Positions 13,209-26,514 are shown, numbered from the whole stretch's first letter. The stretch is DNA of 53,118 nucleotides, filler included, from Basidioascus undulatus (GCA_000826855.1; 4 parts of 4 records of this genome joined end to end with filler, not necessarily neighbours in it); one strand, 5' to 3'. Notes: generated by a model from the sequence alone, not told the origin. Numbers and translations: made by a program.

Positions 13209-13308
13209 NNNNNNNNNNNNNNNNNNNNNNNNNNNNNNNNNNNNNNNNNNNNTTAATTAATTAANNNNNNNNNNNNNNNNNNNNNNNNNNNNNNNNNNNN
13301 NNNNNNNN
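13209..13308. other. Artificial contig linker N44-TTAATTAATTAA-N44
   Basis: Spacer with stop codons in all six frames, flanked by 44 N each side; identical at three places. Confidence 0.98.
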
Positions 13309-14727
13309 GCAGGGGGATGGGGGTGGGGGGAGAAAGGGATGGTGGCTTACGTGGGATGCGGGGTGGGGAATGCGAGGGCAGCGCCGACACGCTGTTTGTG
13401 TGCTGGTGCTTTGATATACGCGCGGGGGCGAGCCACTGCTTCAAGGCGGACGAGGCGGTGCGTTTCCCTTCTTATTCTGTTTTGTGAGATCCTCGGGAGC
13501 TGACGCAAACGGTGGTGGTGGCCGTCGCGTTCATCCAGTTCGGCGAATCAGCTGCGGACGACGGGCGCGAGGAGGGGGAGCGGCTACCGTACTGAGGCCC
13601 TTCGCTCAGAGCATTTTCCCCACCCCCAGCTCGCCCTCCGCTCTCGAGTTCCGTCCGATTACTGCTTAATCCCGTTGTGTTTGTTGTGTAACCCCCCCAC
13701 GTCACTGTTCTTCTTTGTCTCCGCTTACACGCCACCCACGATTACAATTCCGTTCTTCTGTTGGCTCCGCACGATCACCGCCTGTATGTCTGTCTATTTG
13801 TCTGTTTGTACTGCTGCTGTTTTCGTGTCTTTACTTTTCTGCGTTGAATATGTACGTGTTCGTGGCTTCTGCGTTCGCGTGCGCGGTGGGTATCGAGAAT
13901 GTGCAACTTTTGGGTCAAGAGGGAAGACAGTAGGGCGCTCTTGCGTGTCTTTCGCGCCTCACACCCTGGATGCGAGAGCAGAGTTGTAGCCCCGAATGAA
14001 ATATCCATGTGTAGATGAAACCTTTTTGCATGCTGGGAAGGCCCTGGGATGCATCAAGAATCGTTGCTCGACGTCCGAGGGCAAGGTCGAGGCCCACTGG
14101 CATTCCCGCCTTCCACCTCCCCAGCATCAGCAGCGGCTCTTTCATGCCGATCAGCCCATCCTCCTTCCCCCTAGCATTCACCATCCTCCTCAGCCCTCAC
14201 ACTTGCTATCCTCCTCCCCCGGCAATATGCAACTCTCCCGAGCCCGGCCCTCAGGCCCACGTTCGACTGTCCGCACCCCTCTCTCCCCGATCACGCCTTT
14301 CAAGGCTCTTTTGTCACTTATGCGCACTCGAATCGTGTCTCTCCGTGGATCATCGTGATGGATTCATGTAAGGAGTCGTCCTAGCTCTGAATACGAGCAA
14401 GAACTGGCGCCTCTTCTCATGCAAGTTGTCCTCGCTCCCCGGCCCGTCCACCGCACAGTGCAACAGAGTGCGCTTAAGATCAAAACAGTTAATCTAGTGA
14501 AGTGTACGTATGCACTATCCAGGTACGCTCCCGCAGGCCCGCACCCGGTGCATTAATCAATGTTAATGTTCGCTAGCGTCGGTGCCCGAGGCTAACGTCG
14601 AGTGTCAGTGACCATCCTTGCTGATGACGACAGTGGATAACGAGCAATGGCACTTTGGACAATATAAAAGAGACCTCATGAGGTCAGGCGTGAATCTCGT
14701 CCCCATCCCCAATCGATGACCAGCAAA

Positions 14728-15900
14728 TGTTCACTCCCCTCCGTGCCGCCCTCGCGGCTCTCACGCTCACCTTCACGTTCGTACTCTATTGGCTCCATGT
14801 CCTGCCTCTGTCGCCAGATCTCGTTGTGAAGGGTCCATATTGGAAAGACGAAAAACCTTTTCATGCACGGTGGATGGATGAGCTGAGATTTGGCAAGGAC
14901 GATGGTGGCGGTGGGAAGTCAAGAGGCGCTAGGCGCGCGAGAGACGGCTGTTGGGGAGTTCGTGGATCTGGGCAGAACCGATAAACGGGTCGTCCGGCCT
15001 CCGTCCTTTGACTATGGCGCGTCCAAAATCCTGTAAAGTAAGATCTCTTGCGTCCCGGTATCCTCAGCAGCACAAAGCTGGATGTTGCTTTGAAAAAGGG
15101 CATGGTCAAAGACTTCACAGGCAACACTGTTTTCAGCCATAGCACTGACGGTTAGCATCACACCAGTCGGTGAACCTGTTTGATTGAGGTTATATATAGC
15201 AAATGAATGGGACCAGGTACCAAATCCATAGAGTGGTCGAAGAGTAGGACGTGCAGGGAAGGTGATGCAGCGGGCCCGCATATCGTGACGGGGAAACCTT
15301 ACCTGAGGACTGCATTGTCTTCCACCCGGGAAATATTAAGGCTTGGATATATATTCTACTGATATTGTTATGTCCCGGTTCTGGTTGTCCTTCAGACATT
15401 GTCCAAAGCATCGCTTGTTCTGCACACAATGCGCCCAGGCCCCAGCTAGCAGGCAGAACAGCTGTGCGCCGCCGCGGTGCTGCAGACGAAGGTTGTTTGT
15501 GCTCAAGTCGCCCCAATGTGCCTTGCTGTTAATGTGATTGAAGTTGTATCATCACTCTACATTCCTCTCAGGTCTTCCAGGACCAGTGTCGCTGGCATTT
15601 TGAGCCCCACTGAGCTCCGGTACGGACAATGTGACTACTGCCATGCATGGACGCAGTAGAGTCTCGATTGTCCAAAGGAACATGAACATTGCAGTCCTTT
15701 ATAAACTCTCCAGTGGCACTAGAAGGTGAATGTCAACAAACATACTCTCCTTGTACGAAGCGCATGTCGAGACCAGCAGTAGCTTCGGCTTGCAGCAACC
15801 GTTGCGAACGTATTCGTTCAATTCAAGGCATTGGGCGTGCAAAATTACGCTCCGTCACGAGTGGTGATATGCTAATGCTCATCAGAGGATTTTTGTCTTG
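14728..15900 (+). pseudogene. Possible decayed membrane-anchored protein gene
   Basis: MFTPLRAALAALTLTFTFVLYWLHVL is a signal-anchor-like start, followed by short broken frames. No family recognised; 3' limit approximate. Confidence 0.2.
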
Positions 15901-16254
15901 TATAATATGCTGCATCGCTTTACCTGCGGTCAAATAGATGTCTGCCAGATTCGAACTTGCGTCATGTTTCGGTCACCTAACTTAGGGCGCCCTCTCCCTT
16001 ATACAGCTCCGAGATGCCTATCAAAGCAAAGCCTAATCCTACAGCAAGATTTACAGTATGTAGATCTGGGAAAGGAGAGAGACTGTCGAGCGAGATTAAG
16101 GCGAAGAGCGCTCCCGTCGGCGACAAAGATTACTATAAAACCGAAAGGGAACCAGAGGCACGACCCCGGGTCTTCTCGCTTCGCCATTGCCCTGCTCGGA
16201 CGACCCGGCCTTCCCTTGCTCCTTCTTTCTTGTGGTTTCTCTTGAGCCATAACG

Positions 16255-17308
16255 ATGGCCTCCCGCACGCTCACGGCCTTCGTCAGGCGATCAGCCTCTT
16301 TGACCTCTTCCCCCGCCTCCTCCAGTACGCCCCTTTGCTCCCTCTTGCCCCTGCATCGGTTCTGATGCTCCTCCCCCGCAGCCCGTTTCTCCTCCTCCTC
16401 CGCACTCACCTCCAACCAGACCCTCCGTGCAGCGCTCCTCCTTACCCGCGCGCCCTACCTAACTCCCGAGGAGCATCCCCTCGCGACCGCCTACCACGCC
16501 TACAACCGCCGGCTGTCCCTTGCCCTCTCCTCCCCCTTCCCCACCGAATTCTACTACCAAAAGGGCTCGCTCGCCGAGCGCCGCTTCCTCGCGCGCGAAG
16601 CGCGGCGGCGCGCCGAGGAGCTCGGGGCCAAGATGCCGGAGATCGAGGAGGATCTAGGCGAGGAGGAGGAGGTCGTGCCTCTGCCTAGGGAGGAGAAGGC
16701 CGGCGCGGGGAAGGGTGCGGGCGACCTGGAGAGGTGGGGCGGGAGGAGCGTCAGCCTGGTGCTGAAGGGGAAGAGCGGGTGGGAACTGCCGGTTGCGGTT
16801 GTTGCGGAGAAGGAGACGCTGCATGCGGTGAGTTCCGTGTTCTCGTGTAGGACGCAAAAGGGTTTGCGTGCTGGGACTGACAGAGGTGTGGGATAGGCTG
16901 CTCTCCGGGCGACGCATGAGGCGCTCGGACCCGACCTCGACATCTGGCTCGTCTCCAAGGCGCCCATCGCGCACTGGTCCACCTCCCCCTCAGAAAAGGT
17001 GCGTTGCATCTCTTTGTACTCTATCATTGCATCCTCCTTTTCCGCTTTCCTCCTCAACCTCCTCCACCCCTCGACTTTTGCTCTCTCCCTTCGCACTGTT
17101 TCTCTGCCCTGTCCTATCGCCCTTTTCAGACGGCGGCTGATCACCAGCCCACTCAACCGCGCAGACCTACCTTTTCACCGCCCACATCCTCGCCGGCGCC
17201 GCCTCGTCCTCCGCACGCGCGCACGCGTGGCTGACGAAGGAGGAGGTGCTGCGGGATACGAAGGCGGAGGACACGGAGCGGTGGGGTGAGCTCCTGCCGC
17301 TTGTTTAG
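16255..17308 (+). CDS. MRPL17: Mitochondrial large ribosomal subunit protein mL46 (4 exons)
   Basis: Presequence, then AALLLTRAPYLTPEEHPLATAY, PFPTEFYYQKGSLAERRF, WELP...ETLHAAALR, DIWLVSKAPI, TYLFTAHILAG, AWLTKEE. These are typical fungal mL46 motifs. Confidence 0.88.
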
Positions 17309-17810
17309 GGCTCTGGAGTGGAGAGTGTCAGGGGGAGGGGTGTATTGTGGAGATTTTCTGGACATCTAGGAAGGATGTGGAGCGATCTTTTGAAATAACG
17401 AAATGCGGGAGATGAGTGGCGAGTAAGGAAGTGCTTCGGCCGGAATGGTCGGGCTGCGAAAGCCCGCTCTGGGAACGACTGAGCGGCCCCGAACCATTCA
17501 GTTCTAAACCGCCCTAAAGTTCACCTTTCCCCTGTCTCATCGACAAAGCACAATTTACGCATACGTGACCCAGCGGATTGTGCAACGCGTCTTCGTAGAA
17601 AAGGCAGCATACCTCTTTAATTCTTTGACCTGTCCATCTGCCCGACTGTCACTCTAACAACCGCCTCTCCCCCGCGCGCGGTTTGGCACACCCTCACTTC
17701 GTTAGCACAAGCCACTGGCCACGACCCTAATAGAAAATGCTCGTAGAGAAACGAAAGTGGACTGAAGGTCCACTACGATCTGAGAATTTTATCTCGAGGA
17801 GAAATCACAG

Positions 17811-17890
17811 GGCGAGATGGCCGAGCGGTCTAAGGCGCCAGACTAAGGATCTGGTCCGAAAGGGCGTGGGTTCGAATCCCACTCTCGTCA
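17811..17890 (+). tRNA. tRNA-Leu, anticodon AAG, intronless
   Basis: GGCGAGA/TCTCGTC acceptor stem, A box TGGCCGAGCGG, anticodon arm CCAGA-CTAAGGA-TCTGG, long variable arm, B box GGTTCGAATCC, TTTT at 17895-17898. Confidence 0.96.
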
Positions 17891-17905
17891 CAAATTTTGT
17901 TCCCC

Positions 17906-18175
17906 GTTCGGCTATGATTAAGTACGCATGCCCTTCTCAAGCCCAAATTGATGCGGAAAATGTGTCCATGGGCGTACACACCCTCAGGGAGTCATGTTCG
18001 CATTGCTCGATGATTTTCAACGTCAATTCCCGCTTGCCACACGATACTCTCCTGCCAATCCAGTAAGTTAAATTTAGGTAGGACAATATTTTACTAGAAA
18101 TTGACCGCCGCCCATATAGATCTGTCAAGAGCCGGGGATGTGCACTGGCACGCCCGAGCTGCAGTCTAACATGGT
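17906..18175 (+). pseudogene. Inverted, decayed duplicate of exons 2-4 (with introns) of the adjacent sugar transporter
   Basis: Reverse-complement match to 21823-22100, including a 48-nt exact block (18116-18163). FGYDQ has become FGYD* and the exon-3 copy has a small deletion. Confidence 0.92.
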
Positions 18176-18846
18176 ACCCCACTTACCCGCAGTGAGCAGT
18201 GAGCAGCAAAGCGAGGCGAAGGGCTGAGCCTGGCTTGAACACTGACTCGGCTTGTGCTTAAACATCGCCTTCGTGTGCGCTTAAGAAATCTTATATTTCC
18301 CTTCTTACACAAAAAAAACCATTATTGTGTGCTCACTGTTGCCGTTCACAATGTGCCTTTGCGGTGGCCGGGCCTTCACGAACGCAGGGCGGCTGCCAAA
18401 GCGTCTCCGAGAGCGCCCAAAACTGATTTAACTCAACCATCCTACAGAGTGTTAAGTTAATGCGTGTAGGTTCGGGCTGTGTTCTTCCCTTCTAAGTAAA
18501 GAATTACTGCCGACCGCGCAGGCTGTGGCCTCAAAAGTAGCAGACTGCGCACTGGTCTGCCGTAAATAGTGGCGATCAAAGCGTGGGCCTTTCGAAAGGA
18601 ATGGTACCCGAACATCCCGGGCGACTGGAAAGCGTCTATCCTACGTACAGCACTTAAAAGTGTCCCGTAGGGAGTGGATCGTTGCAGACTCTCTGGTATG
18701 GGCAGGGAAGGTCTCAAATACTGTCATAAAAGGCTGTTTCAGTTAATCGAAAATGGATCAATGCAAATGTATGGATATCTCTAATGATGGACTATCCGCA
18801 AAGTTGGGCGAAGTTTTCCGCTCTATTTCACAAATCGTATGCGATC

Positions 18847-21800
18847 CTACGGCCTCTCGTTCTCATGATGTTGAGGGGGCGGAATGACGGTTTTCTCCGC
18901 CCCATAGTGGACCTCACTGCTGTTGCGGCCGGAGTTCTCCTCCGTGGTCTCGCCGCTGTCGAGCTGCTTTTGCTGGACGGTTGGCGGGGCGGTGCCGAAG
19001 AGCCGGATGAGCTCTTCCTCGAGGTACCGGCTCCAGCGATGCCACGCTTCAACATACGTTTCCAAGGGAAGATATCACAGCAAGGAATGAACATACCCTT
19101 CTAGACGCGGCATCTTCTTAGCCATCCTAACCGGCGAGATGTTTTCCTCGTGTGCGTTAGCGCTGCGAAAGATGCGCCAGAGTGGATTTCGTCAGTGTGG
19201 TGCTGAGCACGTCGAGGAGAATTGTACCCGCTTACAAGAGGCAGTCGAGCTCCTCAAGACTCCGGCCCTTGGTTTCGGGGTAGACTGGGAGACGAGGTGC
19301 GAGGTCAGCGTGTTGTGGATTCCGAGCCACCGTGAGTTGGCTGAGCCTTACAGAAGTAGATGATAGGAATGAAGACTGCGTTGAAGATTGCAAAGATCTG
19401 AAGAGGAATTTGGTAAATACAACCTGCTCGGGGCGGCATGCGAGGGTGATGACCAACGATGTAGGTGCGGTATCCCTGGCGAACAGCGAGGCATCGTCAG
19501 CCTGAAATAGGAATTGGTGAAACAGAACTCTACGTTGACGTACAATATTTGCAATAGCCGGCGGAGTGATCATCACGATTACTGCGTGTCGAAAATGCAC
19601 ATCAGGTGCGAAGAACGTTTAGCAAGAACAGACCTGAACTAACCGTAGTTGCTGTGGATTCAGGCACTCAGTTATTGCAGCGACGCATGTGCCGACAGAG
19701 TTCGGAACGTACCTCAGCCAGTTCGAGCACGTCGACAGGGCGTTCGCCTGCACACGGGTTCGCAGAGGGTTGATCTCCGCCGGGATGAGCCAAGTCATGC
19801 CGAGGAAGCCGATGGCGAAGAAGCTGTAGGGTGCCGAATCCATCAGCACCCATTCATTTATACCAAAGGGAGAAAGGCGCACGTGTTGAAGGTGAACAGA
19901 GTCAAAGTGGCGACACTGTGGTGTGGTCGCCGTGCCCCACCGTCAGCATGCGGCAACCGTTGAAGATGCGGATGGTGAGAGCTACTCACGCGCCGGGGCC
20001 GGTCCCAAGAATAATTTCTCCGAGCTCGTTGGTATAGCCGGTACTGACCATCCCGGCAAGTACAGCCATCGAAATCATCATGCCCGTAGTGCCGATGAAC
20101 ACTGATCGCACGCCACCTGAGGTGAGAAACTGCCCCTTTCTGAAGCCGCTGATAAAAGATAAAAGACGCTTACTGAGTCGCCGACGACCGGCACGCTCGA
20201 TGAAGAACATCGCACCAACCGAAGCCATCCAGTACCTTTTCGCAAAGAGGGTGTTAGTTCAAGTCGACCGAACGTTGTTGGATCGGACAACGGATGTTGA
20301 CAGGGGCTCACTCCGTGCCGTTCACAGATGCAAGCAAGCGCGACATGTCGGGGCCGAATCCCAAGGACTGCTCAAAAAGTAAGGTTGCGTAGTACGTGAT
20401 AAGGTTACCTGACAGAGAGGGTGTGGAAGAGTTAGAGGAAAAGAGGAGAGTAGTGGAAAGGAGGGGGGGACACACAGCCGCAGAACTGCTGCATGAACTG
20501 TGCGAGGACACCGAGAGACGCGCGGCGGGAGTGCTGGGTCTTGCCACCTGCGGAAACAATTAATATAGATCTGCAAACATGATCAAGCGTAGGTGAGCGC
20601 ACCAGTGAAGAGTTCCTGGAAACGCAAATCCGGCCAATATGTCAGCGGCATCTCGAAACAGAAACACCCAGGACCGGCGCCTACCTTGTAGGAGAACTTC
20701 TCGCCTTCTCCCTTGAGTGCCTCCTCCAAAATACGGTACTCTTCCGTGACCTCAGGAGAGTCGACAGGCTTGCCCTCCAAGCGAGAGATGACACCGAGCG
20801 CCTCCTCAGCTCGACCCTTCTTCAAAAGCCAACGTGGAGAGTCCGGGAGAATGAAGATGCCGGCAACTGCAATATGTGGACAGTGTAAGCTTCGTGGTTT
20901 GGTTTCCAAACCGACCTACTGGCTGCGTACCGACGATCAAGCTGAAGAAGGACTGAAATGCGATGGGGCTGGGAACCGAAAGTCAGCCGTGGACGCATTT
21001 GCGACATGCTAGAGGACCTGCACAACTTACAATCGCCACCGGACCGACCCTTCCAAGAAGTAGAACCCGTAATCGACCCAATAGGAAACCTGTCGGGGTT
21101 CAACTTCAGCCACTGGGACATTCTCTCCAAGTAGGGGTAGAGCGTACCATGATGCCGAAAGACTGCAAGTGTCGTCGACGGCCGTCCACTCATCAGGACT
21201 GCACAAGATCGTCCAGGAATTCGGAAAACATATTTTACTCACAATGAGCATCCCCTCGCACATGACTGCAAGGACATACCCCCCAGTCAATTGCTGTAGG
21301 TGTGGAATGCGCATCGTGAAGACGCACTGAGGAACCCGCGGTCCTTCGGCTTGGCACATTCAGATTGCCTGCACAACGAGTCAGTTAATTGTACGAGTTG
21401 CCTCTAGTTGCCAAGGCATACCAGGTGGGAATCGTCGATGTGACCATGCCGTTGCCGATGCCGCCGAAGATGCGTCCGAAGCAGAGCGTGCCGTAGTCGT
21501 GCGATGCGGCCTACGTATACAAGCTTGGTTGAGAAAGTCTGTCCACCTGAAAAGTAAGCCCACCCATGACTCACCTGAATGACAGTAGCCGCAATCATGA
21601 TCCCTATATGCCCCGAAATGAATGAGCGATTGATGCCTGCAGCGCAATGTCGGGTGTAGGTGTACGCACAAGTGCCGTAGAACGTGGAAGACCGCCGCCC
21701 CCAACCATCTCCGAAGAGCAAGATCAGGATGGCACCAAGGAAGCAGCCAATTTCTGTTCAATTGCACGCTTGAGAGGCATTACGGCCACTGTATTGAGGA

Positions 21801-22288
21801 GGCGGACATACGGTAGATGGAGACCATGTTAGATTGCAGCTCGGGCGTGCCAGTGCACATCCCCGGCTCTTGACAGATCTATTTGGCCGCTTATCAGTTT
21901 CTAGTTTAAAACCATTGTCCTGTCAAAATTTACCTTACCGGATTGACAGGAGAGTATGGGGTGGCAAGCGGGAATTGACGTTGAAAGTCGTCCAGAGTGA
22001 GCAATGCGGACATGACTCCCTGAGGGTGTGTGCGCCCATAAACACATTTCTGCATCAATTTGGGTTTCAGAAGGGAATGCATACTTGATCGTAGCCGAAC
22101 ATTAGGAAGCCACAACCTGGAAAAATAGATTATGAGCCATGGGAGAAGTGTCAAGTCAGAGGAGAGCGATGGAAGTGCGGCGTACCGGCGATGAAACCGA
22201 TCGCCAGGTTCAGCGGCTTGCCATGGAGCTTTTCGCTCTTGTGAATCTTGATCTCAGGGATGTTTGCAAAAGCTGATAGATAACCCAT
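18847..22288 (-). CDS. MFS sugar porter (STL1-like sugar/polyol:H+ symporter), about 27 exons
   Basis: Manual splicing gives a continuous frame: MGYLSAF...FGYDQGVMS...GDGWGRR...PTWQSECAKP...WRFPIAFQ...PDSPRWL...QQFCGCNLITYY...IERAGRRRL...PAEINPLRTR...YPETKGRSLEELD. All introns GT-AG. Confidence 0.92.
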
Positions 22289-23499
22289 TTTGCCGGAGTC
22301 CAGACAAGCGAGAAGTGAGAGAGCAGGAGGGAGAGAGGACAGCGGTGGGTGGAACGGGAAAATGCGTCGTACAGAAGCTGCCCAGGCTCAGTTACACGGC
22401 AGTGTCGGCTCGCCTGTCTACGCTTCAGCTAGCTGATGGAGCCCCACAAAACATGGGCTTCTATTGCAGCAACGCGCATGTCGGAGGCTCCATATGATGA
22501 AGGCCAAGGAGGACAGCAAGCTCGGGCGAGCTGGCGGGCATCCTCCGCGGTGCGTTGGATATTTGGGATCCAACCGGACACGGCGCTCATTCTGGGCAGC
22601 ACTGGGCATCTGTTTCACTATATAGATATTTCATGCGACTCCTGTCGGAGGGCCTGCTCCCCTATCAAGTGTGGCAAAGCAGGCCAGAGGACAAGCACTT
22701 GGCGGGCGGTCATGACGTCGTATCTCGCCAAGTTCAAGACGACGAAGGCGCTTCTTTCGGCGAACACGCTTGAGTTAATATTTCTGATGCCCGAGAACGA
22801 CTTCCAAGACTTCGCCTGAGCGGTGTTCACATGCACCTTTGACGATCTCGATGGAGGAATTCGGCACAGCACCGCCCGAGTCGAGCGCGACGGTGCGCGG
22901 CTCGCTATCGCTCTTGGCGACAAGCGGACAAAGATCGTACAATTCGTCTCGCCATGCCACCTTAATACTACGCATGCAACACATACTAAGCGCTGATGGT
23001 CGGGTGCGCTTGATTGATAATCGATAGGTAGGGACTGTCGCGGCCGCGAGTCCATGCAATACGGGAACACAACCACGGCGTGGCCAGGGGGTTAAAGGCG
23101 CGATACGTCCTTCGTGGGTCGAGTCACAGAGGGACTGCAAACAAACAAATCCTTGAGAGCATTGCTTCAAACACAAAAAAAATTGTTGAGGACCGAACGC
23201 ACTCATATCGGCATCGCAAGCGTGCCAATGAACCTGGGCCATCCAGCGGCAGCAACTTGAACGAGGTCGACCCATGCGGCCTATGAGGATTTTAGTGCTG
23301 CTTCCATACACTTAGTTCAAAAGAATGTGACTGAATATATTCATTTCCGTTGGAAAAAAGGTATCCAAGATTATGAATGTCAGTCGCTGCCCGAATCTTG
23401 CCAGGCTGATTAGGTTCCGTGTGCTTACAGCTCCAGTTACCAATAGGAACAGACTTGAGAGGGAATCTCAAACGTTGGTCAGAACAAACAAGCCCGATA

Positions 23500-24571
23500 C
23501 TCTCCCATACATTCCAGTATCATCGCGCCGTGTGCGTTGTCGGACAAGATAATCAGCCCTCGCGCAGACTGTCTAGGCAAGACTTGGTAAGAGCGCATAT
23601 CGAAGCCGAGAATGCATGCATTGGGCCTGAGTAGCTGGGTCGCTATGAGGGTGGGGAGGACATATGTGCGAAAGACGAATGGTACGGATCGCTAGCTGGC
23701 GGCTGCGATTAGCGCGGACAGAATCTGCGGGTCGCATTGGATCTCCTCATGAGTGAGGGTTGCGGACGCGACATGAACGCTCTATAGATCAAAAGTGTCG
23801 GACAAGGAAGGGTACCAAGGTCCGGGAGGCCAGCCCTGGATGAGAGTGAGGCTCGTCAACGAGGTGACGGAGAGGACGGTGTCACGAGCGAACCGTTCCA
23901 ATGGGCCGCTGAGTGTGGTGCATCCCTCGAGAAAAAGAGTCCGTAGAGACGCCCTGCCAACGGCTGGGACTGTAGGGAGTAGTGCGGGGTCTCGTGGGGA
24001 AAGGGGCCAGAAGTTGACTTCAGGGAAGCCGGCCGTAAGATGCTCGAGTGTGCACTGTACTGCCAGCGATGGATTCGAAGATGTCGTGGATAGCAAGAAG
24101 GACGTCGCTCGGCGCATAAGTGGACACAGCCGCCTGGGCCCACTCGATCTCGAGCTTGCGGAGGTGCGTTACCTTCTGGAGAATGATAACTGCTGCCCGG
24201 AAAGGGGCGGGCTCGTCTTCCCCGAGAGTCACCTCAAGCCTCCGTACGTGCAGCCCGAGAGAAGGTCACTGGGCAAGTGAGCACGCGAAGGCCTCCACCG
24301 GATCAATGCTGGGTTGTTCGAGATGCTGGCGCGAAACGTCTATGTAAAGTGCGAAGGCCGCTACCGGCTGAAGTGCATTGCACACGAGCGCAGCGGCGTA
24401 GCATCGCTCTGCGACAGATACGAGAAGATGTGCAGGTGCACTTCGGGCGGGCAGAGAAGGAGGCTGGAGGACGACATGAGTAGGCTCGATTTGATTTATG
24501 TGCGTTGAGTATGAGGTTGGGTGGAGTGGTGGGGGTACGAAGGCAAGTCCAGAGAGGAACGGAGAATTCAT
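23500..24571 (-). pseudogene. Decayed F-box/LRR-like gene
   Basis: CYAAALVCNALQPVA resembles the F-box second motif. LRR-like ILQKVTHLRKLEIEW, LRTLFLEGC and LTSLTL are spread over three frames with stops. Limits approximate. Confidence 0.45.
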
Positions 24572-25141
24572 GAGAAAGCTGGGTCATGGTCATGCTGCCA
24601 GTTGAGCTCTTGAGGTCACCAAAACGGGCTGCTGCGCTCCGGTGGCGTCGTTTCAGAAATTCAGACTGCTGGTCATTTCTTCTTTTTCCTGCGCGTGTTA
24701 CTTGCCAATGTGTTTATATAAAAAGCGCACTGCAGAGACCTGTCAAAATGTGAGGGAAGCTGGGACGCTGCGTGCGCGCATCACCGCAGAAGGCAGCGGA
24801 TAAGGCAGAAGAGTAGTAACGCACAGCGACAATAAAGCTGAAGCTAAGCTGAAATTCACAGATTTAGCGGTAATCATTGTAGACCGCGAGAATCAGTGCT
24901 GTGCAGACCGTCGACGCGGCTGCAACAAACTGTTTGAACGCGAAGATTTTCGACGGTAACGCCTGAAAGGCGGCGTGCATTGGTGCGCAAAGCCCTCTAC
25001 AGGAACCTATGAACTTAGGATTTGGACGGAAGGTAGCCTTGCGGCGAAAAAAAGGGCCCGGCGTCCGAGGTCGGCTGCAAGTATCTCGGGCTGAGCTGGT
25101 TCCACAGCCGCAACCGGCACCCTTCGTATCCCCTCAAGGCG

Positions 25142-25179
25142 ACCTATAGTCCCTTGGGCAACCTATAGTCCCTTGGGCA
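25142..25179 (+). repeat. Perfect 19-bp tandem duplication ACCTATAGTCCCTTGGGCA x2
   Basis: Seen directly. Confidence 0.9.
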
Positions 25180-26514
25180 TTGATAGGAAAGGAACCGCAG
25201 TATCTGGTACATTCGTATGGGATAGGGATGTAATCTTGCAGTGACGAAAACCGGGCACGGCGTGCGATGTCCGCTGCAAGTGTCTCGGGCGCTCGACGCT
25301 CGGCGGGCATTGCATCTACTTGATGAAGCTACTCTCAACCGTCGATAGAGCAAAAATACAATAATTGCAACTACCACCACCCCACACAATACTACCCGAC
25401 TTATCTGACCTTGCCACCGGACCCACCTTCCAGAGCCTTGCACGATTCAAAGAACTGACTTGGTTTTCTCCGCACATCCATCCATCCATCCATATCTGCG
25501 CAAGCAATTTTCCACCCTCCATCCCCACGCGCGTCCATGGCCCCCAGCGTTCAGTCACCGTGATGGGTTGCGGTGGCCACCAAGACTGCCACTTGGGGAA
25601 AAAGTAGTGGCGCTTGAGCCCCCTACGGAACTAGGTAAGGCAGCAGCAGGCTTTCAACTGCGATCGGGACTGGCGATGAGCATGCTCTTTGACAGTCAAA
25701 TACGTTGATAAACCGTTCGTCGGCTGCGAAAGAGGGTCAAGGGGGGCGGGAAGCGCAAAAAGGAAAGACCAAGTACAAACGGAGAAGAGGCAAGCTTGCG
25801 AGCGCTCGTCGACTGGAAGCTCTTGTCAGCTGTGAAAAAGGGTGGAGGGCGAGAGCCAAAAGAGAAGACGAATCGGGAATGAAGTCCAAGAGGAAAAGCT
25901 CGCGGGTTGACTGTAACAGGCACGCCGCCTTTGCGTACGTGCGTGCATGCGTGCGAATGAGTCGGAGTGGCACTCTCCGACTCGAGGAGCCCATCGGAAG
26001 GAGGTTGCGAGGAAGCGAAGGTAAGGGTCAGCGGGCGGGTAGCAAGAGTCGTCCATGCCTGCGAGGACTGTGAATTACCACCCAGGCGCCCGTGGCCGAG
26101 CAGTCCAACGGCCAGACAGTCAGGTACGCCGCTCCCGCTCTTCTCCCACCCAGTTCGCGTCGCAGGCAGTACTTGATCCGAGACCGAGAGCGACGCTCGG
26201 ATGCCCAGGTGCTCCACCTTCGCGCTATCCAGCACCCCATACCCCATCCGCTCGCGCATGTGCAGCTTTGGCGAGAAGACCCCGTCAGCCAGTCGACCCC
26301 AACGGACGTTGAGACTCCTGAGAAGCGCGTCGCTCCTCCCTCTTTCTCGCTTCTCTATCTCCATCATGAAGGATCCCAGGCCCCGGGCGTGGGGCCGAGG
26401 CCCGCGGTGAATAGGCGGAACCTCTCGACCGATCGATTTCAATGAGTGGAACGAAGCGACGAGGGAGCGAGCGACGATCGAGGAAGATAAAGGCAAGTGC
26501 GAAACGGAAAGAGT

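Noticed and set aside
13253..13264. TTAATTAATTAA palindrome as a piggyBac TTAA target or regulatory element
   Set aside because: Embedded in N runs and identical at three sites: a synthetic linker.
17906..22100. 270-bp inverted repeats read as transposon TIRs or tRNA-targeted LTRs (TG...CA followed by a TGGT PBS-like motif) enclosing a captured transporter
   Set aside because: The right copy is simply exons 2-4 of the transporter (FGYDQ/GVMS.../QSNMVSIY), and the gene continues outside the repeat to ATG 22288. The TG, CA and TGG are coding coincidences.
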